This document shows positions 51,301-64,000 of a DNA stretch of 64,000 nucleotides, piece by piece. Location: assembly GCA_030390025.1 (NCBI GenBank), contig CM059425.1:177012001-177076000 (forward strand), in the 5' to 3' direction. Each line of letters begins with the position of its first letter. Position 1 is the first letter of the stretch. A program made the position numbers and the translations under genes. The notes under the pieces were generated by a model, which saw only the letters and a list, made by a program, of their open reading frames with translations, did not search any database and had not been told where the DNA came from. Source of the stretch: Squalus acanthias (lineage: Eukaryota).

Positions 51301-53879
51301 AAGCTCTTAAAACATCTCAACAGTGACGGAAAGATGGTTGTAAATGGAAAGCATGATCAGACCACATTTTAGGAAGGTATGGCTCATTACTCTTACTTAC
51401 TAAGATCATTAAACTTCTTATAGCATTAAGTACCCATGTGGGGGGTCATGGAGGCCGCATTTAATGCCAAGCCCACCTCCTTCAACTGTACCTGGCAGTT
51501 TCCTTAGACAGCTTCTTTCCATGCATTCCAAATAGGGGGTCTCGCTCTCCTCAATCAGAGTTGTGTCAGCAGCACCTCCATTAATGTCTCTGAAAATCTG
51601 GGGACTCTGTTCCCTGCAGCTAAACTGTCAGACATTTTAACAACTGGTAATTCAGTTGGTCCTTTAAGCTGCTGCAGATAACTTAACTCCTGCAGCAGCA
51701 TGCCATCCCACTCCTGTGTGCCCCCAATTGGAGGCAGCACAAAGAGCTTGCGTTCATTCCTCAAATTAAAATGATCCTAGAATATTTATATCAAGTGGTG
51801 CAATTTTGCCATTGCAGTAATTATATATAGATTTAAATAATTTAGAAATCAAGAAATCAAATCCCAGAAGGCACTTGATAGAAAATCTGTCGATTTGCTA
51901 GGTCGGTGTGGGTGTATAGTTCAACATTCATGGCCAGCAAAAGAGTCAGATTATGCAAGCCAGCTCTTAGTTGTCCAAAACTGTAATTGTGATTTTAACC
52001 TTCTGAGCCTATGCAGATTTCGTACACATGTAGTTAGGACAATCACATTTTTCAGACTCCCTGGTACTTTCCCTTTATTTCCCAAAAGGACATTACTGGC
52101 CTATATGCGTGGGCAACAGCTCAGCTCATCCATGGCATTCAACCTTCTTGCAGGCACTGTTTAGATTTCTCACCACTGGCAGTTAGGATCAGAGGCTGAA
52201 AGGTGAAAACACATGTTCTGAAAGATAGTTGCTGTCTTGGATGGCAAGAGCATTGTATTAATAGCATTCTTGCTATTGGAAGCAACACTGTCGTATAAAG
52301 GGGTCACAGAGTGCAAAACACACACTTACATCAAGCAGCTTCTGGGATTTGATTTCATGACTTGTAATTATTTTTACCTTTATATAATTACTGAAAACAG
52401 CAAAATTGTACCACTTGATATAAATATTTGATACTGTAGAATCAGTAACAGAATTGTGTAAATGCCCATATAGTGGAAAGATTTTGTACCCGAGCAGCAG
52501 CTTCATGTTTAACCCTGCCCTACACCACGGGAGCATGGGATATCACACTCAGGAAAAACAAATTATGTATTTTACATGTTTTGAACATGGGATATCATTA
52601 CTAATTATCACTGTACTTTAAATGATTAAAGTTTGGCCATATTTTTGCAAACTCCAGCATATACTGGCATTTGCTACAAACAACCTGTCAGCCATTCCCT
52701 CCAATTACCACTGCTGCCAGCTCCCTGCTGCTTTTAATCACTCCAGTTACTAAATATAATTATAGTTGTTGGCCTACTTCTGTCAGTCCAGATGCTTAAT
52801 CTAAAACAGCTGAAATGAACATACTGATGAAGGTAGCACCAAGGGAGTGTCAAGGTGTTGATAATATGGAGCATACACATCGCTCAAGTAGCACAAATCC
52901 TGATAATTGCTGTAATGTAGGAACGTGAAGGTTTTGCACTAGAATAGGCAACCGAAAGCTAACTTAACACAGGGCACTGGGAGACTGTTTCCACTATTTA
53001 GAAATCTCTAGCCAAAGTGTGTCACATCTCTGCTGAGGCACATATTATTGGTGCTCCAATATACTGTGTCACTGCACTGTCCCCTATATAGGTAAAGATT
53101 TTAAAATCAAGCTTTATTCTGCTCCAAGCAACCAGAGGTGTTAAGATATAAAGTGCACCCTCATCTGTTTGCTTGATAATGCTGTGGAGTCCAGGGTCTT
53201 TGGAAAGTTGCAACTTGTTTCTCGTCAAAGGCCTGAAATATACACATCCTATAACATAACTTATGCCATCATACATCAGCAAAAAGCTGGGTGTTTGCTC
53301 ATTTTTAAGACCTCAAATATTTCCAAAAATCTCAGTGAAATAGTTTGGGAATTCCCTTAAATGATTATTAGGTTTCAGCTCTATTAATATTTAATCAAGA
53401 TAGACTCTGAGGTTAAGGAAAGAATAAAACTCGAGCACCATGGTCACTATCATGCTTAAAAAGAAACTGATAATGTGACCTGGCACTGAACCCCAAGATT
53501 CCATTATTGCACATGATGCAGATTCAAATGACCAACCATTCTGAAATTCTGAGAATGGAGGAGTTTCTGGAGCTTTTGGACAGTAAATCTAAATATTTCA
53601 TGTCCTCTTAGGAGACCTCCTGGACTGCTGATTAGACCTACCTCAACAGAAGTCAATCTTGACCAATTGCATTTTAAGAAAGCATTTGCTGTTCGGACAG
53701 CAGATTTTCAAAAGACTCTGAAATACCTACACTTTGACAAGTAATTATGTTTTAATCCTTCACTTCACGGGTTATTTTCTGTTAAGATATCGTGAAATGT
53801 CCACTGAGGGCCAGGATACAGCAAGTTTACCAGGGATGCACTAGATTTACTATGGATCCTGATCGTCAGCCATAGCAAA

Positions 53880-55030
53880 TATAGGATTACATAGGATATA
53901 CAGCACAGAAACAGGCCATTCAGCCCAACCAGTCCATGCCGGCGTTTATGCTCCACTCGAGCCTCCTCCCGTCTTTCCTCATCTAAATCGATCAGCATAA
54001 CCCTCTATTCCCTTCTCCCTCATATGCTTGTCTAGCCTCCTCTTAAATGCACCTATACTGTTCGCTTCAACCATTCCCTGTGGTAGCAGGTTTCACATTC
54101 TCACCACTCTCTAGGTAAAGAAGTTTCTTTTGAATTCCCTATTGGGTTTCTTGGTGACTATCTTATATTGATGGCCTCTAGTTTTGCACTTCCTACAAGT
54201 GGAAACACTCTCTCTCTATCTACTCCATCAAAACCTTTCATAATTTTAAAGACCTCTATTAGTTTACCCCTCAAAAGAGACCCAGCCTGTTCATCCTTTC
54301 CTGAAAGGTATATCCTCGCATTTCTGGCATCATCCTTGTAAATCTTTTTTGCACCCTCTCCAGAGCCTCTATATCCTTTTTATAATATGGCAACCAGAAT
54401 TGTATACAGTACTCCAAGTGTGGTCTAACCAAGGTGCGATACAATTTTAACATAACCTCTCTTTTTCAATTCTATCCCTCTAGAAATAAATCCTAATGCT
54501 TGGTTTGCTTTTTTAATTTCCTTATTAACCTGCATCACTACATTTAGTGATTTGTGTATTTGTACTCCAAGATCCCTTTGCTCCTCTACTCCATTTAGAT
54601 TATTTTCCAAGTAATATGTGACCTCATCTTTCTTACCAAAATGTAATACTTCACATTTATCTGTGCTGAAATTAATTTGCCAATTCTGCAAATTTATGAA
54701 TGTCTTCTTGTAATTTGTTGCAGTCCTCCTCAGTATTGACTACACTCACTTCACCCCCCCCCAAAAAATTTTTTTGTGTCATCCACAAATTTAGAAATTG
54801 TGTTTTGATTCTAAAGTCTAAACCGCTAATATAAATTGTGAACAACAGTGGTCCCAGCACTGATCCTTGTGGGGCCCCACTTTCCACCTTCTGCCACTCT
54901 GAATAGTACCCTTTACCCCTACTCTCTGCTTTCTGTCTTGAAGCCAGCTAGCTATCCATTCTGCTACTTGTCCCCTGACTCCACATTCTCTGACCTTGTT
55001 CATCAGTCTATTATGTGCTACCTTATCCAG
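53880..55030 (-). mobile_element. CR1-like RT to 3' end fragment (truncated copy at 46980-47810 runs into the gap)
   Basis: WIASWLQDRKQRV, GAPQGSVLGPLLF and [17 protein letters not shown] motifs. Confidence 0.9.
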
Positions 55031-57494
55031 CCAGTTTACTTTAGGGCTGCTGTTGGTTGCATGAGGCCCATGCTTCGGGAGTCAGTGATGTCAGCACAGA
55101 TCTTGTGCGATATAAAAACTGCTAAAGGGGTTCAATTGTCACCAAGATGGCATGCTTCACAATGGAAAAATGCTGATACTCTCTGGCAGACTCAATCTTT
55201 AAACCGGAGGCAAGCAGGATTGCAATACTTGAGGGCACTGTTAACATTGACTAGTCAGATTAACTCATGGATGGGATCAAGAGATACACATGTCATTGGG
55301 ACTGGGATTGTTCTCAATTGACTCCAAATAACCCTGTAAGCAGCTGTCCTAATGTGCAGACTGACCCTACTTGGACAAGCAGGTGAAAGCTGATCAACTG
55401 TCTGTGCCAGTAGGCCATGCAGTTTTAGCTGGTTAAAGGTCAGTCGTACATACATACAACATACATACAAAATGACAGGCAGGTAAAGACCAACTGGTCC
55501 ATCAAGCCTGTCCCACATGCATGATACCTGGAGTATCATGATTAGACACTTTCTACCCATCCACCCTGCAGCAACCATGTAATCTCCTGGGAGGCACAAA
55601 AAAACACAGGGGTGAAAAAAACAGGGCCAAAAAGGGAAAATAAAATCTGGAAAATTCCTCTTGGACACCCTCAGCTGATCGAAACCAATCCAGGAGACCA
55701 CATTGACTATGCTTATGTTAACTGCTTAATCGTTTAACTTTTATAGGATGCGATTTCTACCTCAGCCAAGAACCAGTCCAGATCTCTTTGGGAGGCATGC
55801 AGAGTCAGCACACACCGCACGAACCAGCAACTTAAAAGATCCACTACTCTCTAGGAAAAGAACCGCTTAACATCCAGCCTACTCCTACTCTTGTGTAGTT
55901 TAAGTGCATGACCCCATGTCTCCTGTTCCTATGTTCCTCAGCAACAACTTGCATTTATATAGTGCCTTTAATGTAGCAAAACGTCCCAATGTGCTTCACA
56001 GAGCGTTATCAAACAAAATTTGGCACCAAGCCACATAAGGAGATATTAGGACAGGTGACCAAAAGCTTCTAAAGGAGGACAGAGAGGTAGAGAAGTAGAG
56101 GGGTTTAGGACGTGAATTCCAGAGTTTAGGGCCTAGGCAGCTGAAATGGAAAATTAAATAGAAAAAGATGGAGAGCTGTCCATGGCAGTGTGTATGAAGG
56201 GTTGAACCTGCATATTATATAAGTAAGCAAACAAAGCAGCACTGAAATAAGTCATAGCATGGCTGAATCAAGGGACCAAAATGTACTGGATCTGGCGAAC
56301 GAACGCTTGTCCAGTTAATATCTATGACCCTTTGGACTGGAAGTTAAGTTAGAGATCCAGATGGCACGGCGCCCTCGACAGGACAGCAACTGTGTGACTC
56401 CTTAACCAATCAGACTGAAGCAGTGTTGATAAACAGTGTAGAGTCTGAACCAGGAAGTGTAAGTTAGAATAGTGAATTCAATGTCAAATCAGGTACAAAA
56501 AGCAAAATGAAGAGGGGGAAAGAAAGAGTGGATCAAGAGACAGAAGAGTTTATTAAAATTTTTTTAAAATCTGACAGAATAAAACTCCACACTTGTAAAA
56601 GTAAATTTTCAGTGCCAGGGAGGTTTTTTTGGCAGTAATTAAGATTTATCACGCCGTTAAAAAAGGCTACCTAATCTGAAATGGACAAGCCTTAACTTTC
56701 AAGTGGCAAGTTTAGTCCAAGGGCTTGAAATGGCGGTGGGTAATGACGGTGAACTGTCAACGTCGCTGTCATTACCCCTCTGAAACTGACCGCAACTTCA
56801 GGATTTAGTGCATGCGCATCTAAACGCGGAAATCCTGAAGTTACAGTAACTCATTCACTGCTCGGACACTGGCAGCGCTCCACCCCGCCCCCCAACCCCA
56901 TAGCCAGCAATTGGTGAAAACAGTGAAACCGATGAAAACTTGGAATTTTCCGCATTAGTATTACTGTTAAATACCCCATTAAATGTGAAGCCTTGTTGGA
57001 ATAGGTGTAACTTGAGTTTTAACAATTTTTTATATTTGTGGAGTGTCAGATTTCTCCATTATGATAAATTACAATTTTTTTTTAACGTAATTTTTTTTTA
57101 AAGTTTGTTCATCATATTTCAGCTTCTACCTTCTACCCATGTGAAAGTCCCAATTTTTATTTCGCTCTCTAACATTTAAAAAAAGTCAGGATAAAAGCAG
57201 ATTCTCATTTCCTGGTTTCCTGTCTGTGAGAATTCCTTTTTATTTTTTTTAGATAAATTGGAAATACATACAAATGATTAATCAACAGATTCCAGTCATG
57301 ATTGAGCAAAGTAGCTTCTGAAATGTTAATCACAGTTACCTATTAAAAGATCACGATAGGAAGGAATTAAAAAAAACAAATTCCAATTTAAAAAAAGTCT
57401 ACAGCCAGTAAAACCAGGAGGATAGGACTGTTTAAAAAGGAGAATCTGATCTATGACTAATTATTTAAATTATAAGCAAAATCGAGACAGTCAG

Positions 57495-57950
57495 AGTCAA
57501 TAACAGCACAGAAGGAGGCCATTCGGCCCATCGAGTCCGTGCCAGCTCTCTGTAGAGCAATCCAGTCAGTCCCAGACCCCGCTCTATCTCCGTAGCCCTG
57601 CAAGTTTATTTCCCTCAAGTGCCTATCCAGTCTCCCCTTGAAAACAGAGTGTCTCCGCTTCCACCACTTCCGTCAGCAGTGTTGGCAGGACTGGAGAATT
57701 TTAGCTATGAGGAAAGATTGAATAGGCTGGGATTGTTTTCTTTGGAACAGAGGAGGCTGAGGGGAGACTTAATTGAGGTGAGACTTAATTGAGGTGTATA
57801 AAATTATGAGGGGCCTAGATCGAGTGGATAGAAAGGATCTGTTTCCCTTAGCAGAGAGGTCAATAACCATGGGGCATAGATTTAAAGTAATTGGTGGAAG
57901 GATTAGAGGGGAGCGGAGAACTTTTTTCTGGGGGGTCTGGAACTGCCTGA
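57495..57950. mobile_element. Two CR1-like fragments in opposite orientation (57495-57680 minus, 57685-57950 plus)
   Basis: The minus piece is nearly the reverse complement of 38110-38290; the plus piece encodes YKIMRGLDRVDRKDLFPL. Confidence 0.8.
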
Positions 57951-60737
57951 ACAGCTTGCCAAATACATTCCATCCTGATATCAGGGCATAGCCTATTGAA
58001 ATAAAAATTAGCTAGCAGCCATGGAGAAGAACTGACAAAAAAAGGATTATTCCTGTGAAGTACTGGTCTATTTATACACACAGAAAAGGATCATTGCTTT
58101 ATGCTAAAAAGTAACTTTCATCTTAAATAATCAAAGTTTATCCATAAGCTTTCTCCAAATACTGTAACCCAAAAGTGCATAACAAACATAAAAGCAAGCT
58201 GATATTTATAAAACAGGAATCAGAGAGAGCCTGGCCATGATCTGTTGTGTGTGTAATTGAGAAGTGATAAGAAGATTACGAGCAACAAATCACTAAAGCT
58301 ACTGAATTCAGAGCAGGCTATTTTAAGACCACAAAGAAAAACAAACTGATAATCTTATTCTACAGAAAAGTGGCCCTTAACTCGAGGGTCAGACTTTGAT
58401 TTCAATGTCTACACCTTTTGCTTCTCAAAATAAAAAACACAAACAGCCCAAAAATGTTGAACTGCTTCATCTGCAATTTAAAAAATATTTTAACCATTGA
58501 AATTCAGCAAGATGGAAGAGAAGAGGAAGATTCTATCAGAAATCTAGTATCTAATGTCAAGATCAACGTAGCAAAGAGTCTAGACCATCCCAAAATTCAA
58601 ATTATTTTTGCTACTATAAAACAATGAGAATTCAGGGCCTTTGATTCAGTGTCTGAGCCAATGACTTAGACCTCAGTCTCCTCGGTCCTTGGCCCAATTC
58701 AGAGGCATGTTAAGGTATGGCATTCTGCAATGATGGGCAGACTTTCATATTTATTCACTCTGCTTCCCAGTGTTTTCCCCTTACCTGTTGCCACTGGTGA
58801 CCACTTGGTTTGTTAAGAATAAAAGCAGAAATCACTTTCAAAATCTATGCATACATTCACAAGTGAACAGGCAGGCAAACAAAACTCTGATGTTTGTTTT
58901 AACCAGCTGATACCAGAGGGGAACTACTGGACAGAAGGACAAACAAACAACACGTGCAATATGAGTAAACAAAGCTTTTTTGGCAACTCTGGTTTTAGTG
59001 AAGTTGCTCAGCGATATAAAATTACAGCAATTCCACTGAAACAAGTGGCACCAACATCAAACGCAGAGACTGGGTTATAGCCTCAGAACTCAGCATAAAT
59101 AGGATATGCCTCTGAAATATAACTGATGCCGTTTTTTATAGGGGTTATTGCTGCAAAGCAAATATATTAAAAGCACCACATAGCCACACATAAAATCAAC
59201 AAGAGGACAATTCAACCCAAAAAAATTTGTGGGCATTAAATTTTTTTAAAGCACTCAAAAGTATTTTCTCTTCCATGGTAACTAGCATTTGCTCCAGCCC
59301 AAGGGGATGCTATATCCGGAGTTACCAGAACTATAGTAAAGTACGATATACAAAGGAAATGTAGCCAGTAATTGCTGATTGGGTTATAGCCACAAAGCTT
59401 CTTAAGCCCGAGCAGATACAGACAAAACGTTACCAGGATAAGTAGACTTGATCTATAATTAGCACATCAGTCACATATAGCTGCTTTTTTTTTTATACTG
59501 TTTAATAAAAACCTTAAAGTACCAATCTTATGATGGATTTGCTGCCAAATGCTGAAATGAAAAGCAAATCACCAGGTTAGAATATAACTTGCATTGATAC
59601 GGAACAGTATTCCAATACCTACTCCCGAGTATTAATTAATTTCTATTATTTTGTCTAACTGGTGAACACAAAATTTAAAAAAATGCATGAAGCTTTTTGG
59701 AATCAACCACCTGTCTGCGGTGATTACAGAGTTTCAGAACTGAAAATTCTTTTGACATGGGTTTAACAAAGAAAATGTGCACAAAAAACATTTGATAGTT
59801 AAAAGCTTCTGCTGTGCATTTTTGTACAAGTGATAACTCAGATGACAACTCAGTGGCAAATGGGACCATTGGTCACAATTGGATACACACACTTAAAGTT
59901 CCTTTATTATAGCAACAAATGAATCATTTCATGTTTAGTACTGTGAATAATTCTTCAAAGGCCACCTGGTATGTGGACCAGATGCAAAAAAAGGTGTTGA
60001 ATTAGTCGCAGCAAGACTTTTTACTTCCCACCCTTGAAAGAACTGTCTTTGATAATAGTCACAAAATGGATCAAAAACTATGGTCGCCCTCAGCACTAAA
60101 GGCTGCACCTTCCCTGAATTCTCCCTCCAATGAACAACAAGAATGTTCCCCCATGTCACCCCATCATAGAACCCCCAGCACCATCCAAAAGACCAGGTCA
60201 ACATGTTGCTGGTGTACATTGTGTGCATGTGTGGTTAGGTGGAAGAAATAAGCATGGTTCTATGTAGGCAACATTTGCTGTACTTGGGCTGCTGCCTTGC
60301 TCCTCAGTGCCTTTCAAACTATCAAAAGTAGTTAGTGTGCAGGCTACAAACTCAACTGCACCAAAACAAAAAGCACAGCACACATCCAGAAGGCTCCACA
60401 ACAAATGCACAAGGTCAAAAACAAACTTCACGTACCTACACATAACAAAATACATACTTGCCACTTTATCTCAAAGTTACAAAATAATTGAGTTGGAGTT
60501 TCCAATGGATTACAGTCTATTACTGTTAAAGTAATTTTATGAAAAATGTGATGTGCAGTATTTCAAATTAAGCAGTTTTTATGGCATTCATTTTGCACAC
60601 AATTTCAATTTATCCTAAAATATGACTATAGGAAATGCATTTGCAAAGTAGAAAATGACATTTTATCCCAAATTTCAACAGATTAAGAGTAGGTTGTCGA
60701 AGAGTTTAAACAGCATCCCAAGTTGATCTTTTAACAA

Positions 60738-61160
60738 GGTGGCATAGTGGTTAGCACTGGTGCCTCACAGCGCCAGGGACCCGGGTTCGAATCTGACCTC
60801 GGGTGACTGTCTGTGTGGAGTTTGCACATTCTCCCCGTGTCTGCGTGGGTTTCCTCCGGGTGCTCCGGTTTCCTCCCACAGTCCAAAAATGTGCGGGTTA
60901 GGTTGATTTGGCTATGATAAATTGACCCTTAGTGTTAGGGGGGGATTAAATATGTGGGGTTATGGGGATAGGATGGGATATGTTAGGGGGAATTAAATAC
61001 GTGGGGTTACGGGGATAGGGTGGGATATGTGTACTGTGGGGATTAAAGCAGGGACAGGGTACTGGACTTGGATGATCAGCCATGATCGTATTGAATGGTG
61101 GAGCAGGCTCGATGGGCCGAATGGCCTACTCCTGCTCCTAGATTCTATGTTTCTATGTTT
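60738..61160 (+). mobile_element. HE1-like tRNA-derived V-SINE with CR1/HER1 3' tail
   Basis: A box TGGCATAGTGG, B box GGTTCGAATC, V-domain GGGTTTCCTCCGGGTGCTCCGGTTTCCTCCCACA; 3' ~70 nt match the CR1 tail at 39556-39630. Confidence 0.88.
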
Positions 61161-61659
61161 TACTTGAGTAAGAAATAAAAAACAATGTGTGCCTGGTATA
61201 TAACTACTAGTACCCAGTACTCAACTATTGGTAACTAAACAGCTTAAAATTGTTCAAATCTAAATGGAGAGAGAGTCAGGGCACCAACAAGGTTTTAACA
61301 ACTTACCTTTTTGCAACTCCAATTAAACTGATTTTCAAAACACTACAAAGTTGACTTGGGCAACCTTTACACACCCCATTTCAATCCCAGTAAAAGAGCT
61401 TAGACATTTTTATTAAGGTGCATCAAAAACAAGGTGATCAACCACAACCTGTGGCAGCCTTTAAAATATCAGCAAGATTGTGTTACATTTTGTTTTGTTG
61501 CCTATAATTACATTTTCTGCCAGGTAATTTGCAAACATCTCCATATTATAGCAAAATAAAAGGCCCTTTTAGAAACAAAAAATATTTGTTTTCCTCAGAA
61601 GAACTGTAGTTTTTAGTTTGTATTTTTATCTGTGCTATGAAGACAAGTTTCATGAGCTA

Positions 61660-61902
<243 letters not shown>

Positions 61903-62887
61903 CTATCTAGACATGATAAATGCAAATGGTCTTTCTAGCATTCATTTGATTCTTCACTATGAAGTTTAATTTAGAGCCATTGAAAATAAGGTTTCTGTAC
62001 CTTTTGTTTCACAAAAGTGTCTGTTGTACAATTATAAATTGTTGTTGATCAAAACAAGTTTCAATTTTCATAACCAAATTAAAGAAATACACTTGCAAAG
62101 TAGCAAAATACATTTTATTTCAAAAGAAGCAAACCTCAACCTAAGCCACTCTTTACCTGGTGCCTCACATTTGTAAATAATAAATTCAATTTTAAAGTAG
62201 AACAATGACTCCCTGATGGTTCAGTGGGTAAATTCACCACTTGGTGTGATTGTGTTACAAATAGCATAAAGTCCAACTTTCAATCTCTGCTGATTTCAGT
62301 TGGGTGCACTGATTTGCTTCAGCGCAGAGGGGCTTTTCTTTTGTAAGGGCTGCTGTGGAAAATCAGAGAGGAAATAACAAAATTCCTGCTCCGGTTTGGT
62401 ATCCTGTGATCCCTGCTGGCAAGTTTACATGTATGGCTATCGGGTATGTTCAGTATTGGGGGTCAGCTGTTCTATCCATGGTCCAGCAGCTTTTTAACCA
62501 TAACCGTAGAGGCTCACAAAAGGAAAGATCATTTGGATAAAGTATCAGAGACTTGCCACATCTGAGAAACTGTACCACAGAATAAGTCAGAAAATTTGAG
62601 GGGAAAGAGAGAAAAAAGACTGAGGAACTAAACAAAAAGTACAAATAACTATAATAGTGGATTAGAACACACTATTCACAATCAGGGCACAGGAATTCAA
62701 TCATTTTAGTTTCACAAAAAAGAAAATCTTGTCTTACTCACAGGCATCAAAAGGTCCCAAGTGAGCAAAGCTTGGGCTCTCCCAATCCAGTGAGGATAAA
62801 TCCACAGAACATAACAATCCCAACATTTATGTACCACTGCTAAATCACTGTCATGATAGGCTGCAAAGTACTGGAGCAACTTGCTCA

Positions 62888-63064
<177 letters not shown>

Positions 63065-63204
63065 CTAAAATATACCAGTAAGCATGCATCAAAGTGGTGC
63101 AAAAAGTTTGAGCATTTTACTTGTTTTGCTCATAGGTTACAAACAGACCAAATACTTCAGAATAATTACAATGGCCCTTCTTTTTGTGAGGTAGGGGGAT
63201 CAGA

Positions 63205-63560
63205 ACATAAGAAATAGGAGCTGGAGTAGGCCAATTGGCCCTATGAGCCTGCCCCGCCATTCAATAAGATCATGGTTGATCTTCTACCTCAACTCCACCT
63301 TTCTGCACTCTCCCCATACCCCTTAATTCCCCAAAATTTATCGATCTCTGTCTTGAATATACTCAACGACTGAGCATCCACAGCTCTCTGGGGTAGAGAA
63401 TTCCAAAGATTCACAACCCTTTGAGTGAAGAAATTTCTCCTCATCTCAGTCCCAAATAGCCGACCCCTTATTCTGAGACTGTGACCCCGTGTTCTAGACT
63501 CCCCAGCCAGGGGAAACATTTTCTCAGCATTAACCCAGTCAAGCCCCTTAAGAATTTCAA
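63205..63560 (-). mobile_element. HER1/CR1-like 3' fragment
   Basis: ORF 63289-63519 (MFPLAGESRTRGHSLRIRG...WNSLPQRAV) plus tail. Confidence 0.9.
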
Positions 63561-64000
63561 TTCACCTGAATCCAAGATTAAGTCACAGGTTTGAAATCAA
63601 TGCCCAGTATCATCTTTCTTGTATCCAAATTATATATAGGGTGTCTATACAAACAAGAACTGTTTAGTGTGCTCCGGTTTTTTTTTTTTTAAATATAGGA
63701 CAACAATCACAACAGAATTACTGAAAGTTGTGTTACTGCTGGTTTATCCAGCTTCAGTTGATTTGCAGGAAATTACACATTTGTAAGCTAGAATATAGAA
63801 ATCTCCACATAATTCACTGTAATTTCTTCTCAAAAGAAACACTACAATAATTAAGTTGTGCTTTTTTAGTCTTAAAAACAATTTTAGTCTCCTCTAGGTA
63901 TAAAAAGGGGCCCCAAATTCTTCCCCTCCCGCCCAGATTTCCCTCTTTCCTCGCCTCAACAGCGGTGTTAAGTTGCTTGTTCTGTCATTATCTGTTCAAA

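Larger units (their letters stand above)
41425..54710 (+). repeat. ~6.4-kb direct duplication (41425-47810 vs 48312-54710) flanking the gap
   Basis: Colinear and near-identical, with scattered substitutions and small indels; inner ends coincide with the gap edges. Confidence 0.95.

Noticed and set aside
57495..57950. Twin-priming 5' inversion of a single CR1
   Set aside because: The geometry fits, but the minus piece closely matches 38110-38290 while the plus piece is clearly diverged from 37855-38110. Two subfamilies side by side is at least as likely.
58000..60700. Nested gene or conserved element in unique intron 5 sequence (also 28500-30400)
   Set aside because: Only short ORFs without recognisable motifs; conservation cannot be assessed without alignments.
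60738..60800. tRNA gene
   Set aside because: The A and B boxes belong to a SINE head that continues into the V-domain and LINE tail; no complete cloverleaf.

Overview
Eukaryotic, repeat-rich vertebrate DNA, most likely from a cartilaginous fish (HE1-like V-SINE, Deu-domain SINEs, HER1/CR1-like LINEs). The only host gene is PGGT1B (geranylgeranyltransferase-I beta) on the minus strand. Six coding exons are present (63064 down to the stop at 17607), all with GT-AG junctions and consistent phases; the 5' exons lie beyond the window. Downstream of the gene is a 6.55-kb defective endogenous retrovirus (3966-10520) inserted in a LINE. It has a 5-bp TSD, two LTRs, a tRNA-Ser PBS and a PPT, gag with two zinc knuckles, an in-frame UGA gag/pro junction, RT and RNase H, no integrase, and an unexplained 3' region with small ORFs. 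Several Penelope-like insertions form fold-back palindromes and carry minimal hammerhead ribozyme motifs with visible covariation. The rest is CR1, L2 and other LINE fragments, SINEs and DNA-transposon MITEs. A ~6.4-kb duplication abuts a 500-N gap and is probably an assembly artefact. All repeat family assignments come from recalled motifs, not database searches.
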